A stretch of 63,933 nt of DNA, counting the filler, from Barthelona sp. PAP020 (taxonomy: Eukaryota), in NCBI GenBank assembly GCA_040182905.1. It is 3 parts of 3 records of this genome, joined end to end, with 100 filler letters (N's around TTAATTAATTAA, not from the genome) between each part and the next. Parts side by side here need not be neighbours in the genome. Positions count along the whole stretch, not along the records: positions 23,008 to 45,746 come from JARQWU010000172.1; positions 45,847 to 63,933 come from JARQWU010000230.1; 1 more part is not named here. One strand, written 5' to 3'. The notes beneath the pieces are model-generated. The model did no database searches and was not told where the DNA came from. It worked only from the letters and a program-made list of their open reading frames with translations. Made by a program: the position numbers and the translations under genes. The stretch's first letter is position 1. The number at the start of each line of letters is the position of its first letter. This document shows positions 43,046-55,200 of this stretch, piece after piece.

Positions 43046-44335
43046 ATGTCGGAAGAAGATGGGACAGCTGAATTACTAAATGAACATCCATATACTTTAG
43101 CAATGTTGATGGGAATTTTAATAGTTGCAATTTTGTTGTTTGATTTTATTGTACATGCTACACATCATGTTGCGAAAAATCATCGAACTTTTTCTTTAGT
43201 TATGAAAAATATTGAGAAGGAATTTATGGTTGTTGGATTTTTGAGTTTGATATTGCATTTAGCAAATACATTGAATTGGTATCATTGGATTGATAACAAT
43301 GATTGGTTTCAAGAAGAATTTGATATTGGTCATCATTTACATTCATTACACATATTTTTATTCTTTTTGAGTATAGCCTTTGTGGTTTTAGTTGCAATAA
43401 ATCTAATTGTCGCTTCATTTCCTCATCATAGATGGCAACAAGCGCAATATTGTGGTAGTGTAGAATTGCAAAAAGATATTTTTGAAGTCACTCGCCCACT
43501 AAACAATTTTTGTTTCAAAATTAGACATCCAATCATTAGCTCATGGATGAATGATAAAGAATTTGACATACATTTCCTCAATTTGAGCAAAAAATTTGAA
43601 GAGAAGAATGCACCCAAAAAGTACATTTTGGAGAAAAATTTACGTTCCCATTCAAGAGAATTAATTGGTGCCATGTCCGAATTATCATCGAAAACATTAT
43701 TGATAACTATGGCTTTTTTAAGTATAAATGCGCTTTCAATGTGGTTAAGTGACAAAATATTTTTTGAAAATCATGATAATGATCTGCTTCAATTGGGTTT
43801 AACAGTACCATTAACACTGTTTTCTGTGATTGTCAACCTTTTTCTTCATTTTAGGGCCAAAATCATTTTTTCAAATATTGAACATTCAACTGAAAAACTG
43901 TTCTTTTCTCCTTCCAGTTTATCTACTTGGTTAGCAGTAAATAACTTCCAAATGATTATGTATTTAATTTATGCCATTTTAACACGGCCAGTTTCTTTTG
44001 ATATTTATGCAATTGCCATTTCAATCGCAAGTTTTTTTTCATTTGGTACTCTTTGGAAATATGCACCATTAGTTTACCATTCAACACACTGGTTAAATGA
44101 AGAAGTTGATCATGAATATGATTCTGAAAATGAAGACAATTTTAATCACGAAAAAACATCAAAATATTCAAGTAATTATTCAAATCCTGAGAGGTTGACT
44201 GCAATTAAAGAAAAAATTATGTCAAAGGAAAAACTGAAAATCAAATCTTTGGTTGAAATTTTAAAAGATCGTAATATGGAAGTTCCTTCCACATTGATGA
44301 ATTACATAAATAAATATGTATGTCATCCTGTATGA
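43046..44335 (+). CDS. MLO-family multipass membrane protein
   Basis: MKNIEKEFMVVGFLSLIL (cf. LEKIKAELMLLGFISLLL) and LHSLHIFLFFLSIAFV (cf. LHQLHIFIFVLAVFHV); about 7 hydrophobic segments. Confidence 0.75.
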   Translation: MSEEDGTAELLNEHPYTLAMLMGILIVAILLFDFIVHATHHVAKNHRTFSLVMKNIEKEFMVVGFLSLILHLANTLNWYHWIDNNDWFQEEFDIGHHLHSLHIFLFFLSIAFVVLVAINLIVASFPHHRWQQAQYCGSVELQKDIFEVTRPLNNFCFKIRHPIISSWMNDKEFDIHFLNLSKKFEEKNAPKKYILEKNLRSHSRELIGAMSELSSKTLLITMAFLSINALSMWLSDKIFFENHDNDLLQLGLTVPLTLFSVIVNLFLHFRAKIIFSNIEHSTEKLFFSPSSLSTWLAVNNFQMIMYLIYAILTRPVSFDIYAIAISIASFFSFGTLWKYAPLVYHSTHWLNEEVDHEYDSENEDNFNHEKTSKYSSNYSNPERLTAIKEKIMSKEKLKIKSLVEILKDRNMEVPSTLMNYINKYVCHPV

Positions 44336-44391
44336 ATATTGATAAATTTGTTGATAGTTTTTTTTTTTTAATAATATATTTATAGTTTTCC

Positions 44392-45657
44392 ATGAATGCA
44401 GAGGATTTTCGAAGTGTTTTTAGTTTATTGACATTAACAAATCCTCCTCAAACTATTTCTTTCAGAGATGATGAAAAAGAACAAATCATGAGTTTCTTCA
44501 ACCATGTGAGAATATCAGAACAAGCAAAACGATCATTATATATTTATGGCCAACCAGGTAGCGGAAAAACACTTTTATTGAAGAATATTTTAAATGGAAC
44601 ATGTAGTAATGAGTATGATGATTTATTTGAATTGAATGGTTTTGATTATAGGTCACCTAATCAAGTATTTATCAATTTATATCAGCAAATATTTTCCAAA
44701 ACATCATCCACCAAAAATTTTTCACGATTATCCACTAAAAAAATGTATGATAATATATTTTCTCATTTTAAAACTTCTAAACGTCATTCAATAATATTAT
44801 TTGATGAATTTGATGCGTTAATTGATGGAAAGAAAACCAAAAATTTTGATGAAAGTTTCTTTTTAAAATTTTACAAACTTTTAGAAAATAGGAGATTAAT
44901 TATCATTACGATTTCCAATGCAAATACATCTAATCAGTTGGATCAGGTTTTTTTTGAACATGAGATGCCTTATCATCGAATTGAGTTTAAACCATATACA
45001 AAAGAGCAATTGTTAGGAATTATTAATGAACAATTGATTCAAGCAGCACCTATCAAACTATTTTCAAGGAAATCATTAGATTTATTATGTGGTTCGCGAG
45101 CATTCGAAAATGATGTTAGGATGATGTTTAAATTGGCTGGCGATTCTTTGTATATGGCTTTTAAAAAGAAAAAAATGAAAGTTGAAGAAGAAGATGTAAT
45201 GGGAAGTGTGAATGAATATTTGTGTTTTTTTGATGAAATCATTCTTGCAGGATTAGCAAAATTGTGCATTTTTGATTGGATTTGTTTAGTTATTGTATTT
45301 ATTAGAGAAAATATTGATATTTTTGAGTTGGTAACTTCTTCTAGTTCTTTTTTTGTTGATCATTGTGGATTTTCTATCCAAAAACAATTTTTTGACAATT
45401 TGAAAATCGATGTTCGACAAGCAATAGAAAAATTGAACAGTATGCACTTCATTAAAATAAGCAAAATTTCAACAGTTTCAACAAATGTTAAAATTAAATT
45501 GACAATTGAAGGTCTTGAATTGTTTAGCGAAAGTGAGAAGGATTTTTTGGATATCAGTAAGAGTTTATTGGGTAGATTGAGGAAAGTGAGTGATTATTCC
45601 AATATGATGAATGATGATGATGATACAGAAGTTGAGATTAGTGAGATAAATGACTGA
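44392..45657 (+). CDS. CDC6: Cell division control protein 6 (Orc1/Cdc6 family AAA+ ATPase)
   Basis: PQTISFRDDEKEQIMSF, SLYIYGQPGSGKT (intact Walker A), IILFDEFDAL (intact Walker B), ITISN, FKPYTKEQL, NDVR, C-terminal winged helix. Confidence 0.8.
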   Translation: MNAEDFRSVFSLLTLTNPPQTISFRDDEKEQIMSFFNHVRISEQAKRSLYIYGQPGSGKTLLLKNILNGTCSNEYDDLFELNGFDYRSPNQVFINLYQQIFSKTSSTKNFSRLSTKKMYDNIFSHFKTSKRHSIILFDEFDALIDGKKTKNFDESFFLKFYKLLENRRLIIITISNANTSNQLDQVFFEHEMPYHRIEFKPYTKEQLLGIINEQLIQAAPIKLFSRKSLDLLCGSRAFENDVRMMFKLAGDSLYMAFKKKKMKVEEEDVMGSVNEYLCFFDEIILAGLAKLCIFDWICLVIVFIRENIDIFELVTSSSSFFVDHCGFSIQKQFFDNLKIDVRQAIEKLNSMHFIKISKISTVSTNVKIKLTIEGLELFSESEKDFLDISKSLLGRLRKVSDYSNMMNDDDDTEVEISEIND

Positions 45658-45746
45658 TAATTTGTTTTTTTTTGTTTGGAAATATTACGATGGTTAAAAA
45701 AAAAAAATTAAAAAAAAAAAAAAAAATTGAAAGAAAAAAAACTAAT

Positions 45747-45846
45747 NNNNNNNNNNNNNNNNNNNNNNNNNNNNNNNNNNNNNNNNNNNNTTAATTAATT
45801 AANNNNNNNNNNNNNNNNNNNNNNNNNNNNNNNNNNNNNNNNNNNN
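45747..45846. other. Artificial contig spacer
   Basis: 44 N + TTAATTAATTAA + 44 N, identical in design to the first spacer. Confidence 0.97.
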
Positions 45847-45847
45847 T

Positions 45848-45949
45848 GGATTCCCTGGTGGATTCCCCGGTGGTGCTGGATTCCCTGGAGCTGGTGCTAC
45901 TGGTCCTTCAGCTTCTTCTGAACCTGTTATTGAAGATGTTGATGACTGA
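45848..45949 (+). CDS. 3' end of a cytosolic Hsp70-like gene, truncated by contig start; not in ORF track
   Basis: Manual translation GFPGGFPGGAGFPGAGATGPSASSEPVIEDVDD*: GGFP repeats and an IEEVD-like terminus. Confidence 0.7.
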   Translation, partial: GFPGGFPGGAGFPGAGATGPSASSEPVIEDVDD

Positions 45950-46205
45950 CTAATTTGACAAAAATGTAGTCATGAACTTTCTTTTAAAAGTTGTAAATTT
46001 ACAAACGGTATTTTTTTGTTGTTCATATCAATTCCAGCAGAATTTTCAATTGACAAGCTGACAAAATTGAACTATTTTGAATGAATTACCCACAAATATA
46101 TGGGCATACCTAATAAAGCTTATAATTCACAAAAAATTTTTTTTTTTTTTTCAATTTTCAAAAGGGAATGCAGAAAAAATATATGAAGAGAATTTATTCA
46201 AATTT

Positions 46206-48131
46206 CTATGTTGGCCAAAAATAAATTAGATGATCACAATAAACGACATATCTTTTTTTAACCAACATTTTTGCATTTAAACCATGTAATAAAAAGCAGC
46301 CATTGTCTAACCGCTTCACACTCATTTGAATTCTGGCTTTCTTTAGAAGATTATCCATATCTTTCTTTCTTAATATTGGAGGCATGCAACTGGCAATACA
46401 ATAAAAATCCTGATCTTGACGATAAAAACGTTTGTCTAAAGATTTAGGCCGTGATAATTTCGGAAAAAGGTCAAGATTATCATCAAAAGATAAGTTAAGT
46501 TTATCAAAGCAAAAATATTGGAAATCATCATCGGAATATATCTCATCACCAATATTTCCATAGTTTGAGAAAAAATTTGATTCTCCGAACGAATTTGAAT
46601 CTTTCCATTTTTTTCTTTCTTTTTCTTCTTTTTCCATTTCTTTAAGTTTCCATTCTTCCATTTCTTTTAACTTTTCTTTTTCTTGTCTTTCCATTTCTTT
46701 AAGATTCCTTTCTTCGAGCCTTTCTTTTTCTTCTTTTTCCTTCAATTTTTTTAGTTTTGCATTTTCTCTTTCTTTTTCAATTAAAAGTTTGCTTTCTTCA
46801 ATTGTTTGTTTTGAAATAATTTGACTTTCATTCAAACAGTAATTTTTAATAATAGGCTCAATGAACTCATTACTTAACTTTTCGATTACAAAGAGAACTA
46901 ATTTTTTTTGTTGTTCTTTTCTTAATTTTTCTCTCCTTGCTTCATCTTCTGCTTGTTTTTTCTTCTCCAACAAATAATCTCTCTTTTCTTGATGGAATGT
47001 TCTTTGAACTAAGGGAAACACAAAACTATCAATCATGTCTTCAATTAAATTATTAGAAATATGCTCCGAACCATTAAAAAACCAAGTTTTATTAATTTTA
47101 AATCCAAAACTGGTTCCTTTATATTCCGTCATAACTATTGTGTGGATTTGATGGAAGTTTTGAGATAAAAACTCATCCACCTCAGTTTTATATAAAGCTT
47201 TGAAAAGTTCCTTAAATTCTTCAATTCTTCTTTTTGAACTTCTTTTCTTTTCACTGGTATCTAAATGAATATCAATTTTATTGCGATAAAGGTAACTCTT
47301 CTTGATCATGCTTACCAGTCCAAGTGTATATTGATAATTTATTTTTTCTTTGAAAGAATTTTCCAAAAAATTCATTGATTTTTTCAATTTGATGAAATAT
47401 TTTGAACACATTAATTTCCATGCAGTTTTTTTATCGTCAACAATTTCCTTTTCAGGTCCAATATATTTAATCTGATTATCAATCCATGATTTTTTGAAAT
47501 AATGAGAAAAATTAAATAAAATGAAATTACACACACTTACATAATCAAATATTTGTTTTTCATCAATATTAATCAAATTTTTTCGCAAATTTGGGAACGT
47601 CTCCAAAAAACTTTCAAAAATTTCTTCTCCACTTTGCTCAAAATTACATTTTTTATGGTTTTTCAGTGTGGATAGTAAAATTGGACAAGCTTGATTCAGA
47701 CGCGGTCCAAAAAAAGATGAAACATTGTTATTCTGAGAAAACAATATCTGTTGAGGAATGCTTTTAGATAATAAATCACAATTATTATGAGCACATCCAG
47801 AAATCATTAATTTTTTCGTCATTCTTTTGTACAGTGTATTTCTAAAATCATCATCACGATAATTGTCTTTCATATCTAGTTGCTTTCCTAATATTCTCAA
47901 ATCATCGATATTTTTATAGAAGGTTAAAGGCAATGTAACACTGTGATTTGTAAAATCTTTTAATCGTTTAATAGCATTATAATTGTAATAAAAATTGGAA
48001 TCTTCAACAAAATTCGATTCCATGTCAATGGTTGACTCATTAGAATCTGAAAATGAATTTGTTGAAGAAAAATCATCTGATTGTTCTGTATCCATATCTC
48101 CAGTCACAAAAACTTTCTTGATTTTTGGCAT
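46206..48131 (-). CDS. Unknown protein with charged coiled-coil region
   Basis: ~640-aa ORF from MPKIKK, with an E/K-rich segment containing repeated LKEME. Confidence 0.6.
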   Translation of the reverse strand: MPKIKKVFVTGDMDTEQSDDFSSTNSFSDSNESTIDMESNFVEDSNFYYNYNAIKRLKDFTNHSVTLPLTFYKNIDDLRILGKQLDMKDNYRDDDFRNTLYKRMTKKLMISGCAHNNCDLLSKSIPQQILFSQNNNVSSFFGPRLNQACPILLSTLKNHKKCNFEQSGEEIFESFLETFPNLRKNLINIDEKQIFDYVSVCNFILFNFSHYFKKSWIDNQIKYIGPEKEIVDDKKTAWKLMCSKYFIKLKKSMNFLENSFKEKINYQYTLGLVSMIKKSYLYRNKIDIHLDTSEKKRSSKRRIEEFKELFKALYKTEVDEFLSQNFHQIHTIVMTEYKGTSFGFKINKTWFFNGSEHISNNLIEDMIDSFVFPLVQRTFHQEKRDYLLEKKKQAEDEARREKLRKEQQKKLVLFVIEKLSNEFIEPIIKNYCLNESQIISKQTIEESKLLIEKERENAKLKKLKEKEEKERLEERNLKEMERQEKEKLKEMEEWKLKEMEKEEKERKKWKDSNSFGESNFFSNYGNIGDEIYSDDDFQYFCFDKLNLSFDDNLDLFPKLSRPKSLDKRFYRQDQDFYCIASCMPPILRKKDMDNLLKKARIQMSVKRLDNGCFLLHGLNAKMLVKKRYVVYCDHLIYFWPT

Positions 48132-49212
48132 TTTCAATGTTTTTTCATTGTTGAAAAAAACTTTACCACATTTTTACAAAAGTATGAACTCAAATTTTAA
48201 ATTTTAAAGGGTTTAATGAAACAGTAAAGAATAAATTATGTATTTGTTTTTGTTGGGAGCTTAAAATTTTCATGTCTTTTGTTCTTTTTTTTTTGAAAAT
48301 TCTTCAACTATTTTCAATCCAACCTTTGTTTGGCTTTACTGTCCCACCACCAATGTTTTTTACTGCACTTATAAAGTCTATTTTATATGCTTTTGTTGTT
48401 CAAAATTGATCTGATGGGACAAATAATTCAAACAACCCTTCTTTTTCAACAAAAAAATATGTTTATTTATTTCAAAGAAATTTAACATCAATAATTGGGA
48501 TTTAAAATCCAAATTGTCATTGATGCTGGGGGTACAAATAAATTTTGGTGCCTGCTTTATTAAAAAAAAAATGATAAAGAATACTTTTCTCTAATTTTCT
48601 GGGCCAAATTATGAGTAAATCATTTACTCGTTAATTTTTTTTAATATCTTTTGCAAAAGTGTTTTTTCTTTTTCACATTTCAGCCCGAAATATTAAAATG
48701 AAATATATTTTCTTTTCATCAAGCAGAATTTTAAGCTTTTCCAGATATACTTACAACAAATAGGATAAAAAAACTCAGTTACTCAAAGAAAAAAACAAAA
48801 GAAAATAAGAAAAAAAGATTTTTTTTTTTCAAATACCATCACTTCTTTTCAATTTCCTTGAAATACATTTTAAAACTGTACAAAAGATATATTTGGAGTA
48901 AAAATTGTCTTTAAAAACCCTCAAAGATAATAAAACAAATTTTTCTTTTAATATTGTAAAAAATATAAAATTAAATGTTTAACATGTGGTAATTTCTATT
49001 GTTCGCCATAAATTCCATTGAATAGACTTTCATAAACCATCAAAAAAAAAAACAAGAGAAGGAATTTCCAACATTTTGTCGGAATTTCCCTTTTCAGTTT
49101 TGTCTTTTCTCCATAATTTAGATTACTTAATCAATTATTATTTTATTTTACACTTATTTTACAACACTTATTTGTTATTTATTGATATTTTTAATATATA
49201 GATTTATTTAAA

Positions 49213-52200
49213 ATGCGAAATGTTTTAAGTTGTTCATTATTTAGTTTTATTTTTATTTTATTTTTTGTTTTAACCACAACTTTTGGTTATGAAGAATGTT
49301 ATTTTACTCGAGATATGGTATATGAGCCTTTGAATGTATCACTTCCATATTGGGAATGTGGTACAATTCCTTCAGTCAACCATGATGTTATATTTTATCG
49401 AGCAATTGGTTTTTCTGATGTGAATGTTGTTGTGCATGATATTCACTTGATTGATAGTCATCTTCGAATTGATTCATCAACATATACTGCCATGGGAGAT
49501 GTTTATTTAACAGCAGAAATGGATTATACAAATGATTACTATCAGATTGATCGTTGTAGTATCACTGGTGTTAGTTTTAAAGCTGTAAACATGTATCACA
49601 GTGGTGGTGTTCATGGTGATTTAGCCGATAAAAAGACTGTAACATCCACTATTTTAACTGGAAATTATGTTTTTGGAACTTCTCCTCGTCTTTCTGTTGT
49701 TTCAGGTCGTACTATTGAAGTTCAAGGGAATTTAACGATTTTGAATGGTGTTACTGAAGTTCAAGTGGCATATGGAGGTTCTTTGGAAGTTACTGGGTAT
49801 GTATTTTTCCCTTCTAACAATTTTAAATTTTCTTATTATGAACCTACTGTTCCCACGGTTGGATTCACTTTTACTTTTTCCAATCATATTTATCTTGGAA
49901 GTGGTAATCGTGTGTTTGAAATTTATGCTGATGTTGAATTTGATGGTAACCTATATTCTGATGGAGGTGAGTTACATTTTTATCGTTGTTTCACATCTGC
50001 TGTAACTGATTCTGTTAACAAAGGAAAATTTTATGCCAATACTGAGAATCCTACAACTGTTAATTTTCACACTGTAGATTCAGTTACTTGTTATAATGCT
50101 TACTCAAATCTTTATTTCTTTGAAACTGATCAACCTACCCGTACTGATTTAGGATTGATGTTCGGTGGTGAATCATTTACTTTGTTATCTTCTCAGATTG
50201 ATTATTCTTTGTTGAATGAGTTCGGTTTTACAGGACAAGAAGTTACTTTTGGTTGTGATGCTACTTTAACTCTTTCACGTTTTGTGGTGAATGCAATCAT
50301 TTCAGTATCTGGAACATATTGTAATATTAATTCTGGTGAAATTGTCGCCAATTCACCATTTCAAAGTGGTAGTATTCCAATAGAATTCAATATTGTCACA
50401 CAAGATTTGATTGTTGAAAATACAACACTGACAATCAGCCCTTCTATTACTGGTACAGGTAACATATATGTTGACAGTAATGCAACATTAGTTCTTTTGG
50501 AGGATTCTACTTTTGATGGAATTTTGGATTTCAAATATGGTACTTTGATTGGTGATTCGTCTGGTAGACCTAAATTATCTGTTGACAGCATTACTTTTGA
50601 AACTGATTCTGGTGATTGGGATCAGAAAGTTATTGAGTATATTGATATCATTGTTAATTCTGACATTGATTGGACTGGTGGTAATATTGATTGTGTATCT
50701 TCAACTTTGACTGCTGGAAACATGTCATTAATTCAACCAATTTCTGCAACCAAACCCTTACAATTCATTCACACTAAGAATGATGCTATGTGTTCAATTA
50801 TCATTGCAGACAACTTGGTGAGAGAATCAGAGTTGCCTATTATATTGGATGCCAACATTACTGTTGAAAATATTTCTTTGTCTTTATCTGGAAACATTAC
50901 ATTCAGAGGAGGTTTATATCTCACTGGATATTTAGAATCCTCTTCAAGTGATGTGATATTTTCAAGATGTTCTTTTAATCCTTTGGCAAAAGTGGTTTAC
51001 ACTTTTGTTCAAAACGATTCTCTTGATATTTTGACAAATATCATTGTTTCAAATACTGAATTTGTTTTAGAGGAAAATCGTATTTTGTATCCTTTGGTAG
51101 TTAATTTAAAGTTTGGTTCTGGTTCAATAATGACTTGGAATGATTCAAGAGATTTTAAATACATTGAGTTTGAATCAGGAAATCATGTTTTCAAAAAATG
51201 TGGTTATTATTCAAGTCTCTTATTTTCAGGTGATGCAAACGTTGAATTTCAAGCAGCTTTTTCAGTTGACACAATTACATTGAATGAAGCAACACCTTAT
51301 GGTAGTTTGATTTCTTTGGTTGCAGATGAAACAACAAATATTACTAATTTTATTCAATATGGTCAAGATGTGAAGTTTACAAATATGAACGTTACTGCTT
51401 CCGCTGTTATTTCTCAAGCTTCTATATTTAGAATTCAAGAAGCAACAGAGTTTAAGAGCTTAGTAATTTCTGAAACTGCTTCTTTGATTGGTACTGGTGG
51501 TAGTTCCATTGTGACTGTGGAATCATTCAGTTTCAATGGTGGTTCTGTTAAAGGTACTGATTTTGCGACTCAATTGACAGTTAATGTTCTCAATACATTT
51601 ACTACTGCAACGACTACAGATAAACGAATGTATTATTCTAAAATTGTTGGTAAAACTGATTCAACAATGACCTTTGGTCATAAAGATTTGATTTGTGATG
51701 GTGATGCCACTGTTGAATGTGAAGGTTGTTCGACTTTTTCATTTACCAGCAACAGTAATTTGAAATATAATACTGGTGGACGTTGTACTGTAAAATCTTC
51801 AGCTCTTATTAAAAAGACCAGTACTGATACTACTTTTATTGCATGGCATGTTGATGGTGATGATAGTTTTGAAGCTGTCGACACTTCTATTACTTTTGAA
51901 GATGCCAGTTTTGCAGTTCAACCAAATATTAATTTGCAAGGTAATGTCACTTTTGATAATGTTAATGATTACTTCAATCTTGGTCAAACTATCACTTTGG
52001 ATGGTACTGTTGTATTTAAGGCTGAAACCTATAACTTTGGATCTACAGCCACTGTTTATGCTATTGATGCTATTTTTGATGTTATTCAATCTGCAAGTCT
52101 TCATTTACAAACAAATGTTCATGCTAAAATTTTGAATGTTGATCAATCTTATTTCAAAGCTTACTCTCCTTATGCTCATATTTTTACAAACGTCACTACT

Positions 52201-55200
52201 GTGTCAAGTAATTATGAAATCAGATCTTCATTTACTGTTGAAAGACTTGAGCAAAATGGAGCATATGGCGATCTTTATGGTACGATGACTGTTGATAATT
52301 TGGTTTTGAATTCAGGTGAGTTCCGTGTGTTTAGTGGAGGTGTTTTGAATGCCAAATCTATTATTCTTAATGGAGGTATTCTTCGTATTTATGCTGGAGG
52401 TGTAGTTGATACTGATTTTATCACCTGGCAAGGTGGTCAAACTGTATTGTACTCTGGTGGTGTTCTTGGTGGTGATGTGATGCTTGTTGACAATGCAAAT
52501 ACTATTACATTCAATGAAGGTACGGTTAACTTTTACAATGTTACAGTTTTATCTGGTTATCTTTTACTTGATAAGTCCACAATTACCTATTACATTCAAA
52601 GTGGTGGTGAAACTAGATTTACTGAAACCACTCAAATTCAATATGTAAATACCACTGGAGGTTCCTTTAAAGGTGATACTAACACTGCTACTGCATTTTC
52701 TGGTGATGTTTATGAATTTAGAGATACTTATGTTCGAATTTATCAATCATCTGTTTCTAAATTTATTATTCATGGTTCCACTAACCTGTATCTTTATTAT
52801 ATTGTTGCTCCATATCCTCAAATTGATGTTTATGGTGGAAATTTCCGTCATTATGCTTCTTCAAGACATGTTGACACTGTAAATCTCTATGGAGGTACTT
52901 ATTATACTTGTACTACGTATGTTACCAATTTCAACTTTTATGGTGGTGTTATTGCTATTTATAGTACGAGTTATCGTCCTCTTTACATTACTAATTTTAA
53001 AGTTTACGATAGTGCAGCCAAACAAATAAATTGTCGTATCACTGCAGATCATTATACTCATTATGAAGGTGTTATTGCAATCAATACTTATTCTTATATT
53101 CGTGTTAACACTGGTGGTACTTTTGATTTGGACAGCTCTTTTGATGGTACACTTGCAATTCCCGTTTCTTCTTTGACTTATCCTAGAAGTGATTATGATT
53201 TGAAACCTTATGTGTATTTTATGACTGGTTCTGTAGCAACTATTGATTATCCTGTCAAATTTAATGTAACTCTATACAACGAGGGTACCATTAATGTTGA
53301 CAGTTCAATGTATGTTTATGGTCTTCAAAATTTTGAGGTCATTAATTTGCTTGCAAATTCTGTTGTTGAATTGGCTGGTCAATCTACTTTAAGATACATG
53401 TCTTCTTGTTCTGGTATTGGTGAATTCTATCCATCATTACAAAGCAGTGATAGTTTCAGAATTGACAATGGAGCTACATTAGATTACAGTGGTAACATGA
53501 CTGTTAATGAAGGTACATTTACTATATTAAGTGGATCTGATGTCTCAAAATTGGCTACTAACATCGAATTTGTTGGTCCTTCACTTACAGTAACTATCCC
53601 TTCAGATTTATCTTTGGTTTCCGATATATTCATTATTAGAGCTGGTTCTATTACAATCAATGGTCTTTATACTATTGATGATTCAGTTTTTCTTTATGGA
53701 GGTACTTTTGTCATTAATGAAATGGTTGCTTCTCGTGTTTTCGTATTTGATGGTATCCATACATATTTATCTAGTATTAATATTCCTGACTTGTATCAAC
53801 AAATATCTGGTACATCTAACTTTCAACAACATGTTAATATTTCCACATTAATCATGGAAAATGGTAATTTTAATGCTTTTTATACTTCAAATGTTTATTA
53901 TATGAATTTGTATGGTGGTACTTATCAAGGTGTTGAACTTGTTACATTTTACAATGATTTTAATTGGACTGCAGGTTCTTTAATTGGAGCCGGTGAAGCA
54001 CGTATTTATGCCCAAACTTTTATTTACACAAGTAATTTGAAGAGTGTTGCTAAACCACTCACTTTCCGTTCTAATGTTTATTGGATGAACGGTGATATTA
54101 ATTTACAAAATGGTGGTATTCTTGATATTACTCCATTATGTACTTTTTATTGTCAACCTGGTGAAAATTATAACATTTTGAAAGATGTTTCTGGTGGTTC
54201 TGCTGTCATTTATTTTACAGGTTCAATTATTAAAGAAGATAGTGGTAAGTCTGAGATTCAACCTCCTCTGTCCATTGAAGGTACTGTGTTAGTCAAAAAC
54301 GGAACTTTGGAATTTGGAGGTGTTGGTACTTGTATCAAACCTTTCACTGTCGAAACTGCTGGTCACATGATTTTTTCAAATGATTTTAACTTTACAGATC
54401 CTACAACATTTAATGTTGCAGGTATTTTAGAATTTGAAAGTGGTGATATCATTTGGTCTGGTGTTGTTGTCAGTATTTCCGGTTCTTTATATATTTCTGG
54501 TGCATCAGTTTTGACCAAGAGTTCTTGTTTGGTCAATAGTTTTGGTGATCCTGCATATATCTCTGCTGGTTCTTGGGATGTAGAAATGATACCTGGTATT
54601 GCATTCAATGAATTGCGTATTAGCGGAGGTACTGTCAAGTTTGCCTCCATGATAGAAACAAACTTTTTGAACTTATTCTTACCTGGTGGTACACTTCAAG
54701 CTTATTCACTTTTTAATGTCTACACTGCCTGTAATGTAACTGGTGGTGAATTACAAATCAAGTCTACTGTACGTACATATGGTATGTTACATTGGTATGG
54801 TGGAACATTATCTGGTATTGGTGTGCTAAACACTGATGGTGGTGTTCGTATTTATGAAGGTGTTGCTGCTAAAGTTTTGGAAGTTGCTCAATTCATGAAC
54901 ACTCAAGAAACAATTTGGTATGGTGGTGATATTGCCGTTGTTGGTGATAGTGAATTCCTCAATTATGGTGTTTCTACTCTTAAGTTGAGTCCTGGTGGTT
55001 TAATGTATCAGTCAGGTGTGGGTAATCCCCTTTTCTCTTCTTCTGGTAAGATTCTTAAATATGGTGAAGGAATTGGTGGTATTGGTATTCCTTTGATTCA
55101 AAGTGGTTCTGTAAAGGCATATGAAGGTACTCTAACCTTGTTTGGTAGCATTGATGCCACAGGTTTATTCTTTGTTGATGAAAATGCTACTTTAGATTTT

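Noticed and set aside
45658..45746. Archaeal-style replication origin (ORB repeats) next to CDC6
   Set aside because: Only poly-T and poly-A tracts are visible; no repeated ORB-like boxes.
469..48207. Short 60-170 aa ORFs overlapping larger genes, and TTG/GTG-initiated N-terminal extensions
   Set aside because: Shadow ORFs of AT-rich coding DNA. Eukaryotic starts were reassigned to the first ATG or to spliced exons.
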